NCBI GenBank assembly: GCA_035528155.1
Contig: DATKZA010000035.1
Location: 5,840-69,839 of the forward strand
DNA length: 64,000 nucleotides
From: Patescibacteria group bacterium
GTDB lineage: Bacteria; Acidobacteriota; Aminicenantia; UBA2199
Direction of reading: 5' to 3'
The notes under the pieces were generated by a model that made no database searches, had not been told where the DNA came from, and saw nothing but the letters and a program-made list of their open reading frames with translations. The position numbers and the translations under genes were made by a program. Shown here in pieces: positions 55,666-64,000 of the stretch; the first letter of the stretch is position 1; each line of letters opens with the position of its first letter.

Positions 55666-56967
55666 TTATTTGGGTGATTTCGGCGATTTCTGCCATTTCG
55701 GCATTTTGTTCTCGCCGCTGGCCGTGATCTGCCGGACATTACGGCCATCGTAATCGACCAGGTACAGCTGATACTTGCCGCTGCGGTTCGAGGAAAAGAC
55801 CAGGTGCCGGCCGTCTGGCGACCAGGAGGGATTTTCGTTGCGGCCGGCGTTTTCGGTCAATTTGCTGATCTCGTTGCTTTTCAGGTTGAAGACGTAAATA
55901 TCGAAGCGGTTCTCGATGCGTGAAACAAAAGCCAGGCGCATGCCGTCGGGCGACCAGGCGGCCGAATCGTGGTAGGAACCTTCGGTGGTGATGCGGCGGA
56001 TGTTGCTGCCTTCGGCATCCATGATGTAGATCTGCGGTGTGCCGTTGCGTTGGGAAGTGAAGGCGACCTCGCGTCCGTTGGGACTCCAGCAGGGCGATGT
56101 GTCGATGGCCGGGTTGAAGGTCAGCCGCTTTTCCTGGCCGCTTTTCATGTTTTTCAGATAAATTTCGGCATTGCCGTTCTTGGAAGACGTGTATACGATC
56201 TGCTCGGCAGTGGGAGACCAGTCGGCCGCGTAATTGCTGCCTCCGCTTGACAGCAATTCCGTTTTCCCGGCATAGATGTCAAACATGAACAGGTCGGGAT
56301 TGAGGTTACGGTACGACGTGTATAGGATTTTTTCATTGTCGGCGCTCCAGGAAGGCAGCATGTCGATGGCGCTGCTGAAGGTGATGCGGATCGGGCGGAA
56401 ACCGTCGTAGTCCATGATGTAAATATCCTTGTCCCTGCCTGTTTCGGATACATAAACGATCTTCGATGTAAAAAGCGGTTTTTCACCGAAATGCTTCAGC
56501 ATCTCGTCGGCGGCGCGGTGGGCGATCAGGCGGCTCAGTTCCTTTTTGCCGCCGAAATTCCTACCGAAGATGAACCTGGCGCTTGCTACTTCATACACTT
56601 TAAATGAAAAAATGATGCGTTCGTCGGCTGTGATTTCCAACTGGCCGGAAATGAGGATATTGGCCTGGATTGAGGCCCAATCCTTGAAATTGATGGCGTT
56701 GTGATTGAAGCGGGGAATATAGGAATAATGCTCGCGCGGCACCATTTTGAAGATGCGGGAAAACTCAAGGTCTTTCCATATGGTCTCGTAGATCGTACTT
56801 TTTACTTCGCTTTTTTGCGCCGCTGCTTCGCTGAACTGGAATTCCGGCATGGCCACCGGGATCATGGGCAACCCTTCCTTGATGCGGATGGTGATCTCCT
56901 CCTGGCCGCGCAGTTGCCAGCTCAACAAGCAGATGAAAAGAAACAGGACTATTTTTTGTATTTTCAT
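55666..56967 (-). CDS. tolB: Tol-Pal periplasmic beta-propeller protein TolB
   Basis: Repeated PxWSPDG propeller motifs. Start taken at MKIQK with a GGAG RBS. The start codon (ATG) overlaps the tolA-like stop. Confidence 0.85.
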   Translation of the reverse strand: MKIQKIVLFLFICLLSWQLRGQEEITIRIKEGLPMIPVAMPEFQFSEAAAQKSEVKSTIYETIWKDLEFSRIFKMVPREHYSYIPRFNHNAINFKDWASIQANILISGQLEITADERIIFSFKVYEVASARFIFGRNFGGKKELSRLIAHRAADEMLKHFGEKPLFTSKIVYVSETGRDKDIYIMDYDGFRPIRITFSSAIDMLPSWSADNEKILYTSYRNLNPDLFMFDIYAGKTELLSSGGSNYAADWSPTAEQIVYTSSKNGNAEIYLKNMKSGQEKRLTFNPAIDTSPCWSPNGREVAFTSQRNGTPQIYIMDAEGSNIRRITTEGSYHDSAAWSPDGMRLAFVSRIENRFDIYVFNLKSNEISKLTENAGRNENPSWSPDGRHLVFSSNRSGKYQLYLVDYDGRNVRQITASGENKMPKWQKSPKSPK

Positions 56968-57749
56968 TATTTCTCCCATTCGAATTCAAAATGAACGACC
57001 AGGTATTGCGAGGAAAAATCATTGGGCAGGGGAGCGAAGGGTGCGGCGTTTTCGATGGCCCTCCGGGCTGATAGATCAAGGGAACTGACGCCGCTCGGGC
57101 GTTCCAGCCGCAGGTCGCTGATTTCACCGTTGCGGCGGATGATGAAATAGACGCCGGTGATGTGTTTGCCTTTCAGCCCCGGAGCGACCAGTGAACTGTA
57201 CCATGAAGAAGATATGCGGTTGCGTAAAAGGTCAATGTAATATGCATGCGGGAAATAACCTCCGGGGCCGCCCGGGCCGCTGCCCCAGCCATTGCCATCG
57301 CCGCTGCCGCCTCCACCGCCGGAAATTCCGGTTTTCAGCCCTTCGCTTGTGACGTTACCCTGGATCGGAGTTTCGCTTTTGGCGATGGTCCTTTCCTTGC
57401 GGACAACCGAGATCATTTTGTCATCTTCAACCGTTTTTTTGCTCTCTTTATCGGGAAAGCGCAGAGGAGATTGAAATTTCTTTTCCACCGTCAGGTTCTT
57501 GACGCCGCCGCCCTTTTCCTCGATCAAAGCGGCCTGGGTCGGGGCTTCCTGTTTGAGCGTACCGGCTGCCTTGCCGCTGCCGCCTCCACCGCCTTTGCCG
57601 CTGCCCCCCCCGCCGCCTCCGCCGAGTTGGACCAGGTCAACGTAGTAGGTCATTTCACCGCTGTTTTTCCGCGCCGGGGGAATCATGAATAGCACGGCCA
57701 GGGAGATGTGGAGTATGACTGAAAGCAACAGTGTGGACTTGAATTTCAT
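56967..57749 (-). CDS. tolA: TolA/TonB-like energy-transducing protein (N-terminal TM, Gly-rich linkers, TonB_C-like C-terminal domain)
   Basis: Its position between tolR and tolB, a single N-terminal TM, and a C-terminal domain with the YP..A.....G.V motif pattern. Confidence 0.6.
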   Translation of the reverse strand: MKFKSTLLLSVILHISLAVLFMIPPARKNSGEMTYYVDLVQLGGGGGGGSGKGGGGGSGKAAGTLKQEAPTQAALIEEKGGGVKNLTVEKKFQSPLRFPDKESKKTVEDDKMISVVRKERTIAKSETPIQGNVTSEGLKTGISGGGGGSGDGNGWGSGPGGPGGYFPHAYYIDLLRNRISSSWYSSLVAPGLKGKHITGVYFIIRRNGEISDLRLERPSGVSSLDLSARRAIENAAPFAPLPNDFSSQYLVVHFEFEWEK

Positions 57750-58159
57750 TGCCGCGACTTCTGCTCCACGATCATGCCAACCGTGTCCACGCCGGCGAGC
57801 TTGATGATGTCCATCACTTCGATAACGTATCCATAAGAGAGATTTTTGTCTGCCTTGAGAAAAACGATTTTCTTGTCAATGTTCAAAAAATGGCTTTTCA
57901 GGCGGGATTCCAGAAAATACAGGTTTACGATCTGCTCATTCATGTATATATAGCGGTCCTTGGTCAGGGTCAGGACCAGGCCGCCCGAACTCGGGTTGGT
58001 GCGGGTTTCGGCCGACGGCAGTTTGACCGTGATCCCGGTCTGCATCATCGGGGCCGTGACCATGAAAATGATCAGCAGCACCAGCATGACGTCGACCAGC
58101 GGCGTGATGTTGATCTCGGCCAGGTTGCTGTGCAATTGATGTCGGGATTGGACTTTCAT
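57746..58159 (-). CDS. tolR: ExbD/TolR biopolymer transport protein
   Basis: INITPLVDVMLVLLIIFMVTAP, the canonical ExbD/TolR TM with the conserved Asp. Confidence 0.85.
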   Translation of the reverse strand: MKVQSRHQLHSNLAEINITPLVDVMLVLLIIFMVTAPMMQTGITVKLPSAETRTNPSSGGLVLTLTKDRYIYMNEQIVNLYFLESRLKSHFLNIDKKIVFLKADKNLSYGYVIEVMDIIKLAGVDTVGMIVEQKSRQ

Positions 58160-58851
58160 CAGTTTAGTTTTTCGCTTAAGTTCAGGAATTCAAGGATGAA
58201 ATCTTCCATTATGGCAATGAGCACTTTGAGTTTGTTCAGCAGCAGGTTGTAGAAGATGACCGCGGGAATGGCGGCGAACAATCCCAGGGCGGTAGCGATC
58301 AGGGCTTCGGCTATGCCGGGGGCGACAGTGGCCAGGTTGGCGTTCATTTGGATACCGATCTGCTGGAAGGAATTCATGATCCCCCAGACCGTTCCAAACA
58401 AGCCGATGAACGGAGCGGCCGAGGCGCAGGTGGCCAGGAAACCGTTCAGTCGTTCAAAACGGGTGATCTCCTGGTTGGAGGCCCGAAGCAGTGCCCGGTG
58501 CAGACTGTCCAGGTCGAGTTTTTCCAGTTTTTGCCCGCTTCCGGTCTGTTGGGCGATCTCCCGGTAACCGAAACGGAATATCTCGCCCAGGGGATTGTTG
58601 CCGTATAATGATTTGGCATTGTTGATCTCGCTGAAGTTCTTGTTTTTCTTGAAAAAATTCAGGAATTTGAAACTGTTTTTTCTGGCCCGCGAATATTCCA
58701 TGAGCTTGAAAATGATGATCGCCCAGGAAATAATGGAAAACGCCAGCAGCAGCAGCAAGACCAGTTTGACCACTAAGGACGCGTTCTGGATCAGGTAGAT
58801 GAAATCGCCATTGTGGTTGCCGGGATTGATCGTGAAGAGTATGTGTTTCAT
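58159..58851 (-). CDS. tolQ: MotA/TolQ/ExbB proton-channel protein
   Basis: The C-terminal 231 aa of an 845-aa track ORF; the rest of that ORF is an antisense shadow of the carboxyltransferase gene. TolQ motifs ...FIGLFGTVWGIM...ALIATALGL. Confidence 0.85.
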   Translation of the reverse strand: MKHILFTINPGNHNGDFIYLIQNASLVVKLVLLLLLAFSIISWAIIIFKLMEYSRARKNSFKFLNFFKKNKNFSEINNAKSLYGNNPLGEIFRFGYREIAQQTGSGQKLEKLDLDSLHRALLRASNQEITRFERLNGFLATCASAAPFIGLFGTVWGIMNSFQQIGIQMNANLATVAPGIAEALIATALGLFAAIPAVIFYNLLLNKLKVLIAIMEDFILEFLNLSEKLN

Positions 58852-59046
58852 TGCTTTATTTTTACCATAATTCCCAGCCATTTTCAACCCTGAGGGGGTT
58901 TTGTTTGGCCCGGGCAGGGAGTTTTCAGTGGCCTTGTTGTATATGGCACCGTTTTTCAGGCCCAGGGCCGCTTTTTTGCTTGGCTGGAGGGCGGAATTTG
59001 ATTTTTTTGCGGAATGATTATACAATTCAGCCTGCAGGTGAAACAA

Positions 59047-60591
59047 ATGAAAACAAAAATAAAGGAATTGATAAAGCTGCGCGAAGAAAGAGACGCTGCC
59101 GGCGGGTTGGAGAAACTGGCCCAGCGCCGGGCCCGCGGCTTGATGACCGCCAGAGACCGCATCGAGTATTTGTTCGATCCCAATACCTTTGTCGAGTTGC
59201 AGGGATATGTGGTTCACCATTCGGGCAATTTCGGCCTGGAAAAGAAAAAATTCCTCGGCGACGGCGTGATCACCGGTTTCGGCAAGATCAACGATCAGGT
59301 CGTCTATGTTTATTCCCAGGATTTCACCGTTCTCGGCGGCTCGCTGGGAGAAATGCATGCCCGAAAGATCGTCAACATCATGGACCTGGCCCTGAAGGCC
59401 GGGGCGCCGGTCATCGGCATCAATGACTCGGGCGGCGCCCGCATCCAGGAAGGGATCAACAGCCTGGCCGGTTACGGCGATATTTTTTTCCGCAATACCA
59501 TTTCTTCGGGCGTCATCCCCCAGATCTCGGTGATCATGGGGCCCTGCGCCGGCGGCGCCGTGTATTCCCCGGGGATCACCGACTTCGTCTTCATGGTCGA
59601 CAAATCCAGCTACATGTTCGTCACCGGTCCGGAAGTCATCAAGGCGGTGAACAAGGAAGAGGTGACGTTCGAGGAACTCGGCGGCGCCCAAAGCCATGCC
59701 TCCATTTCCGGCGTGGCCCATTTTGTCGGCCACGATGAAAAAGACACCCTGGACATGGTCAAGGAGCTGCTCAGTTACCTGCCGTCTTCGAATATGGAAC
59801 AGGTGGCGGATGCCGACAGCGGCGATCCCTTCGATCGCATGGACGACAAGCTGAACGAGATCGTTCCGGTCAACCCCAACAAGCCTTACGACGTGAAGGA
59901 ATTGATCATGCTGGTGGTCGACCAGCAGAAATTCCTTGAAGTCCACAAAAGCTACGCCCAGAACCTTGTGGTCGGCTTTGCCCGCCTGGGCGGCAAGTCG
60001 GTCGGCATCATCGCCAACAATCCCGGAATTTTCGCCGGTACGCTCGACGTGCAGGCCTCGCTGAAGGGGGCGCGCTTCATCCGTTTTTGCGACGCCTTCA
60101 ACATCCCGCTGGTCAGTTTCGTCGATGTCCCCGGATTTTTGCCGGGCCGCGACCAGGAGCAGCTGGGCATCATCAAGCACGGCGCCAAGATGCTTTACGC
60201 CTATTCCGAAGCCACGGTTCCCAAGCTGACGGTGATCACGCGCAAGGCCTACGGGGGCGCCTACATCGTGATGAGTTCCAAGCACCTGGGTGCCGACGTG
60301 GTCTGCGCCTGGCCGACGGCCGAGATCGCGGTCATGGGGCCGCAGGGAGCCATCAACATTATTTTCAAAAAGGATATCTCCGAAGCCGTGGAGCCGGAAA
60401 CGGTCCGTGAACGGCTGATCTCCGAATACAAGGAAAAATTCGCCAATCCCAAGGAGCCGGCGGCCTACGGCTACGTGGACGAGATCATTTTGCCCGTGGA
60501 GACCCGTCCCTTCCTGATTAAAAACCTGGAAGCCCTGGCCGGCAAATCGCAAAAATTGCCCTTGAAAAAACACGGCAACATCCCCCTCTAA
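59047..60591 (+). CDS. acyl-CoA carboxylase carboxyltransferase subunit (propionyl-CoA carboxylase beta / methylmalonyl-CoA decarboxylase alpha family)
   Basis: Full-length carboxyltransferase N and C domains (..SGGARIQEG.., ..VITRKAYGGAYIVM..). Start at an ATG preceded by AGGTGA. Confidence 0.85.
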   Translation: MKTKIKELIKLREERDAAGGLEKLAQRRARGLMTARDRIEYLFDPNTFVELQGYVVHHSGNFGLEKKKFLGDGVITGFGKINDQVVYVYSQDFTVLGGSLGEMHARKIVNIMDLALKAGAPVIGINDSGGARIQEGINSLAGYGDIFFRNTISSGVIPQISVIMGPCAGGAVYSPGITDFVFMVDKSSYMFVTGPEVIKAVNKEEVTFEELGGAQSHASISGVAHFVGHDEKDTLDMVKELLSYLPSSNMEQVADADSGDPFDRMDDKLNEIVPVNPNKPYDVKELIMLVVDQQKFLEVHKSYAQNLVVGFARLGGKSVGIIANNPGIFAGTLDVQASLKGARFIRFCDAFNIPLVSFVDVPGFLPGRDQEQLGIIKHGAKMLYAYSEATVPKLTVITRKAYGGAYIVMSSKHLGADVVCAWPTAEIAVMGPQGAINIIFKKDISEAVEPETVRERLISEYKEKFANPKEPAAYGYVDEIILPVETRPFLIKNLEALAGKSQKLPLKKHGNIPL

Positions 60592-60600
60592 GGTGAGGTC

Positions 60601-62088
60601 ATGAAAGAAAAAGTACTGATTCCCACCCGGGGCGTCATCGCCCTGGATATCATCAACTCCCTGAACAGCATGGGCATGGAAACCCTGCTGATGCATTCGC
60701 CTGAAGACTCATTGAGCCTGCCGGTCAAGCTGGCCGACCGCAGCTACAAGTTTTATTCTTCGCGCCTGGAAGACAGTTACATGGACGGCGAGGCCATCCT
60801 GGAAAAAGCGCAGGAGGTGCGCGCCGATTATATCCATCCCGGCTACGGCTTCCTGGCCGAAAGCCCGCAGTTCGCCAAGCTCTGCCGCGACAACAATATC
60901 CGCTTCATCGGCCCCGACAGTTCGGTGCTGGCCGCCGTGGAGAACAAGATCAAATTGCGCGAGACCGCCGCTGCCCTGGGTCTGCCTGTCTTGAAATTCT
61001 CCAAATTGATCAGGAGTCCGCTGGATTTCGATTCCTGCAACGGCGATTGCAACTTCCCGATCATCATCAAGCCGCTGAAAGGCTCGGGCGGCCGGAGCAT
61101 CCGCGTCGCCGACTACCGGCGCGATGCCCAGGAGCAGATCGCCAACCTGCTGAAACGCGAAGAGAACACGCGCAACGGAGTGTTTTTCGAAGAATTCAGG
61201 CCCTATGCCCGCCACATCGAGATCCCGTTCTTCCGCGACGTCAAGGACAACATCCTTTTTCTGCCTGAAATCGAGTCGTCGATCCAGCGCCGTTTTCAAA
61301 AGATATTCCAGGAATCGCCCTCCCCCAACCTGAACGAGCGCTTGCGCACCTGTCTCTACGAGCGTTCCCAGGCCCTGCTCAAGAAGATCAACTATGTCGG
61401 CCTGGGATACGTCGAGTTCATCGTGGAAAACGACGAATGCCTGTTTTCCGAGATCAACCCCACCTTCCAGATCAACACCCTGATCTCCGAGGTCCACATG
61501 ACCGCGAATTTCCTGAAAAAGCAGGTGGTGATTTCGCGCGGCGAACTGCTGCACCATGTGCATGGGATCAAGATCGTCAAGCCCAAGCACCACGTGCTTC
61601 TAGTCTCGCTGATGGCCGAGGACCCCTACAACAATTTCCTTCCCTCCACGGGCCAGATCAACCATTTTTTCCACTACTCGACCATCCGCAATGTCTTCAA
61701 GACCACCCTCTATACCGGGGCGCGGGTAACGCCGATGTATGATCCTTTTATCGGCAAGATCCTGACCTACGCCGTGGAGCGCCCGAACGCCATCAACGAC
61801 ATGCGCATCTTCCTGGACAACATCATCATCCGCGGCATCCGCACCAACCTGGTTTTTCTGAAGCACCTGCTGGAGAACGCGGAATTGCGCAGCGGCGAGA
61901 CCATCATCGATTTCCTGCACCTGAAGTTCGACTTCAGCAAGCTGAAAAACACGGAAGAGGAGTCGCTGGTGGCCGCCGGCCTGCTGGCCGCCGCCTTTCA
62001 CATCGACAATCGCAGGAAGAACTACAACGCCAAGCTCGAAAAGATGAAGCAGCCCGGATTTTTCAAGCGCCTCTTCGGCGGCTATTGA
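60601..62088 (+). CDS. biotin carboxylase (ATP-grasp) homolog, possibly catalytically degenerate
   Basis: Biotin-carboxylase N, ATP-grasp and C-terminal domains are recognisable (IHPGYGFLAE, ..QRRFQKI..). The Gly-rich loop reads GSGGRS instead of GGGGRG. The segment aligned with E. coli AccC EMNTRIQVEH reads EINPTFQINT here. Confidence 0.7.
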   Translation: MKEKVLIPTRGVIALDIINSLNSMGMETLLMHSPEDSLSLPVKLADRSYKFYSSRLEDSYMDGEAILEKAQEVRADYIHPGYGFLAESPQFAKLCRDNNIRFIGPDSSVLAAVENKIKLRETAAALGLPVLKFSKLIRSPLDFDSCNGDCNFPIIIKPLKGSGGRSIRVADYRRDAQEQIANLLKREENTRNGVFFEEFRPYARHIEIPFFRDVKDNILFLPEIESSIQRRFQKIFQESPSPNLNERLRTCLYERSQALLKKINYVGLGYVEFIVENDECLFSEINPTFQINTLISEVHMTANFLKKQVVISRGELLHHVHGIKIVKPKHHVLLVSLMAEDPYNNFLPSTGQINHFFHYSTIRNVFKTTLYTGARVTPMYDPFIGKILTYAVERPNAINDMRIFLDNIIIRGIRTNLVFLKHLLENAELRSGETIIDFLHLKFDFSKLKNTEEESLVAAGLLAAAFHIDNRRKNYNAKLEKMKQPGFFKRLFGGY

Positions 62089-62096
62089 GGTGAACG

Positions 62097-62612
62097 ATGA
62101 AGTACAAATTCCACGTGGATAAGAAGATCGTCGAGGCCGAGATCGCCAACAGCGCCACCTTCCATTCGCCGACCGAAATCAAGGTCGACAAGACCAGACT
62201 CGAAATTCTGATTGGTGAGGTCAAGGACGAGGAGGTGCTTTCGTTCTTTGTCGACAACAAGCTGCACCAGGTGGAGATCGTCCGCGACGAAGGCGGTTAT
62301 CCCCAGGGAATCTATATCGACGACGAATTCTTCTCGGCCGCCCTGCTGAAAATCGACCGTCTGTTTTTGTATAAAGAAAAACCGGTCAGTGCCTCCAAAT
62401 CAGGCGTAGTCAAGAGCTTCATTCCCGGCTACATCAAGAAGATATTTTTCCACGTCCAGGACCGGGTCGAGGAGAACGACATCGTGCTGATCCACGAGGC
62501 CATGAAGATGGAGAACGAGATTCGCGCCCCCAAGTCCGGGGTCATCAAGTCCCTGGGCGTGCACGAGGGGGACAACATCCTGGCCAACCACCTGCTCTTC
62601 GAGATCGAGTAG
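62097..62612 (+). CDS. biotin carboxyl carrier protein-like (biotinyl domain with EAMKM)
   Basis: C-terminal ..IHEAMKMENEIRAPKSGVIKSL.. biotin-attachment motif. Confidence 0.65.
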   Translation: MKYKFHVDKKIVEAEIANSATFHSPTEIKVDKTRLEILIGEVKDEEVLSFFVDNKLHQVEIVRDEGGYPQGIYIDDEFFSAALLKIDRLFLYKEKPVSASKSGVVKSFIPGYIKKIFFHVQDRVEENDIVLIHEAMKMENEIRAPKSGVIKSLGVHEGDNILANHLLFEIE

Positions 62613-62667
62613 CGCTCCGCGTTTTTTTTATCCTGGCCTGGTTGCTGTGGTTCAGTCTATGGTAATA

Positions 62668-62692
62668 AAAATGCCCTGAATCAGGCATTTTG
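62668..62692. terminator. bidirectional hairpin (AAATGCC(C)TGA-A-TCAGGCATTTT), candidate intrinsic terminator after the BCCP-like gene
   Basis: A roughly 9-bp stem with one bulge, followed by TTTT on the plus strand; about 55 nt after the stop at 62612. Confidence 0.35.
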
Positions 62693-62867
62693 AAGATGTG
62701 TGGCTTAAAATAAGATTCTTATCCTGAGCAGAGGTCAAGATTTGCACAGAGGATGACCGTTCGCCCTCACTTTTTCCACAACAGTTTCACGCGGTGCGCT
62801 TGAAATTTGTTTTTTTTCCCTTGAGGTATAATCGACCCATGGGGCAAATTGATTTTCCTATCAGTTA

Positions 62868-63245
62868 TCAGTCAATATCACCCTCAATTTCACCAAAATC
62901 CTCAATGTCTGGCTCTTCAATCTTGTCGGGGACTTCAAAAGGCGCAACTAATGTTGTTGGTTTATTAACATTCGTCTCAACTCTCTTTTTATTTCTCACT
63001 TTGATGTCTTTTTTTGAAGAACATTTTTTCCCAAGGAGAGGTCGAGGTGGTGAAGGTGAGGGCGGTGAGCCCAATAATACAGATATTGATTTCATTATGG
63101 GTGTGTCATTGTCAGCATTTAAAATAGGAGTGATGATTAATGCACCTATAATAATGAGGTGTAAAAAAATCGAGACAGGAAAAAATAACCACCTTTTAGT
63201 TAATCTCTTTTTTTCAAGCAAATCACAAAATAAAACCTTTTTCAT
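62868..63245 (-). CDS. TonB N-terminal-only protein (TM anchor with SxxxH motif + Pro-rich spacer, no C-terminal TonB domain)
   Basis: AAGGAGGT lies 5 nt before the ATG. The TM helix FFPVSIFLHLIIIGALII carries the SxxxH signature of TonB. It is followed by SPPSPSPPRP and then an acidic tail. No TonB_C-like sequence appears in any frame downstream. Confidence 0.4.
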   Translation of the reverse strand: MKKVLFCDLLEKKRLTKRWLFFPVSIFLHLIIIGALIITPILNADNDTPIMKSISVLLGSPPSPSPPRPLLGKKCSSKKDIKVRNKKRVETNVNKPTTLVAPFEVPDKIEEPDIEDFGEIEGDID

Positions 63246-63412
63246 GTTTACCTCCTTAAATCTTTTCTTACATTATTTATATGTGATTTTTTGGAGGTTT
63301 TTTCGTTCTGAATCAAGATTTAGAACAAGTTTATAACTTAATTACATGCTGCTGCATTTAAATAAATATACTGATAAACTCAAGAACTCAAACACTGTCA
63401 CCTAGATCTTGT

Positions 63413-63979
63413 TTATTGCCGGTTTGCTTCGAAAGTGCCGAGGATCAATGCATCTCCAACATCGTTATAAAGATAACCGGCCATATGATCCGCATCACTC
63501 ATAACTCCCACAAACATAACATGCTTGGCAGAGCCTGTTGATTCGTCAATATAATAATGGCAGGGGAAGCGTAGATTAAGACCATCAAAATCATAGGTCT
63601 GTTTTCTTTTATTGTAGAGCCAAACTTCTTCGAGTTCGTTAAAAGAGAATTGCCATTCTTCCGGGAGGTTGAAACGAAAAGGTTCGGAGCCGGCATTATA
63701 GGTCACTTTAAAATCCCAGGTACCAACAACATCAAAAAGCTTCAATTCGTTGATCATGACAGCTTCAATAAAACCAACTCTTTGGGTGCCATCCTTTAAC
63801 TCACCAGTAATATGCCTGGATGATAACCTGGTACAAATAAAATTAAACTGTAGAGTTGTATGGCGATATCTGTCTTCATAGGGGAAACTTAACCGGATTT
63901 CATCTCCATCAGTGGTGTATGTCCCTTTATTTTCTGCAAATAAATCAAAATTACCGTCATCATACAAGGTTATAATCAT
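63413..63979 (-). CDS. hypothetical protein (188 aa), AT-rich region, no signal peptide
   Basis: An uninterrupted ORF with moderate complexity; no recognisable motif. Confidence 0.35.
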   Translation of the reverse strand: MIITLYDDGNFDLFAENKGTYTTDGDEIRLSFPYEDRYRHTTLQFNFICTRLSSRHITGELKDGTQRVGFIEAVMINELKLFDVVGTWDFKVTYNAGSEPFRFNLPEEWQFSFNELEEVWLYNKRKQTYDFDGLNLRFPCHYYIDESTGSAKHVMFVGVMSDADHMAGYLYNDVGDALILGTFEANRQ

Positions 63980-64000
63980 AATCCAGGGCAGATTTAATTT

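Noticed and set aside
58852-60696. N-terminal ~600 aa of the 845-aa minus-strand track ORF (58159..60696)
   Set aside because: Only its C-terminal 231 aa are a TolQ/ExbB protein, with its own start codon at 58851. The remainder is an antisense shadow of the plus-strand carboxyltransferase gene in high-GC DNA.
62794-63336. 180-aa plus-strand ORF overlapping the TonB N-terminal-like gene
   Set aside because: It gives a low-complexity translation and has no RBS. The minus-strand ORF has a near-perfect SD and the TonB SxxxH TM motif, so the minus strand is preferred.
1-64000. CRISPR arrays, rRNA, tmRNA, RNase P RNA, SRP RNA, common riboswitches
   Set aside because: I scanned for direct-repeat arrays and characteristic conserved strings and none were present. 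The only short dispersed repeats are the REP palindromes at 43.6-44.9 kb.

Overview
This window is a high-GC (roughly 60% by eye) chromosomal stretch from a diderm bacterium. An lptE-like gene, a complete tolQ-tolR-tolA-tolB-pal-ybgF cluster and several outer-membrane beta-barrel genes support the diderm call. I call about 60 protein-coding genes. I found no rRNA, tRNA, tmRNA, RNase P RNA, riboswitch or CRISPR array on either strand.

Backbone genes, in order:
- mnmG (3' part only; the 5' end is outside the window).
- A LytS-type sensor kinase with a 7TMR-DISM-like N-terminus, a LytTR response regulator, and a small Fis-type HTH protein.
- A lone two-domain FtsX permease and a TorF-like outer-membrane protein.
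- A five-gene LolCDE-like module: a LolA-like protein, two FtsX permeases, an ABC ATPase and an alginate-export-type beta-barrel.
- A gltP-like symporter, a DUF1028 protein, two M16 peptidases, a beta-CASP MBL nuclease and a YgjP-like hydrolase.
- ftsK, then holA-lptE-leuS in the common conserved order.
- A Yip1-like membrane protein, an OmpA-domain protein and a small coiled-coil protein.
- A tightly coupled ispB-like / CYTH / NTP-transferase / GAF / pyrE string.
- A rhomboid protease, a secreted MBL hydrolase, a group-II PLP decarboxylase, an amidase, a HIT-like protein and a LOG-family protein.
- A cysQ-like gene, a cupin and gmd.
- etfB-etfA.
- ssb, then the Tol-Pal cluster.
- An acyl-CoA carboxylase-like trio: carboxyltransferase, biotin-carboxylase-like protein and a BCCP-like protein.

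Unusual or accessory content:
1. A markedly AT-rich island of about 1.9 kb (about 20.9-22.8 kb) carries two tandem paralogous genes. Each encodes a signal peptide ending A-Y-A, then a mature N-terminus Cys-Lys-Cys heading a Cys-containing domain that reads like an NTR/TIMP-type module. This is fused to a C-terminal region of about 170 aa with roughly 5-6 predicted TM helices. This is my best candidate for an undescribed system.
2. A REP/RAYT unit lies at about 43.6-44.9 kb. An IS200-like tyrosine transposase is flanked by GTAG-headed palindromic REPs (four copies, one inside the ORF). It sits next to an AT-rich orphan ExbD-like gene.
3. An MglA-type small GTPase carries an acidic C-terminal tail of about 150 aa and has no adjacent MglB. 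An orphan secreted protein, a family-5 SBP-like protein and a small beta-barrel follow it.
4. A near-consensus sigma70 promoter for etfBA sits inside a GC-rich, palindrome-dense element of about 120 nt.
5. The AT-rich 3' end of the window holds a TonB N-terminal-only gene with a strong RBS.
6. The biotin-carboxylase homolog appears to carry substitutions at catalytic positions.

CDS coordinates come from the ORF track, with start codons refined by inspection. Coordinates of noncoding features come from my own counting and may be off by 1-2 nt. Many long ORFs in the track that lie antisense to these genes are high-GC shadow ORFs and were not called.
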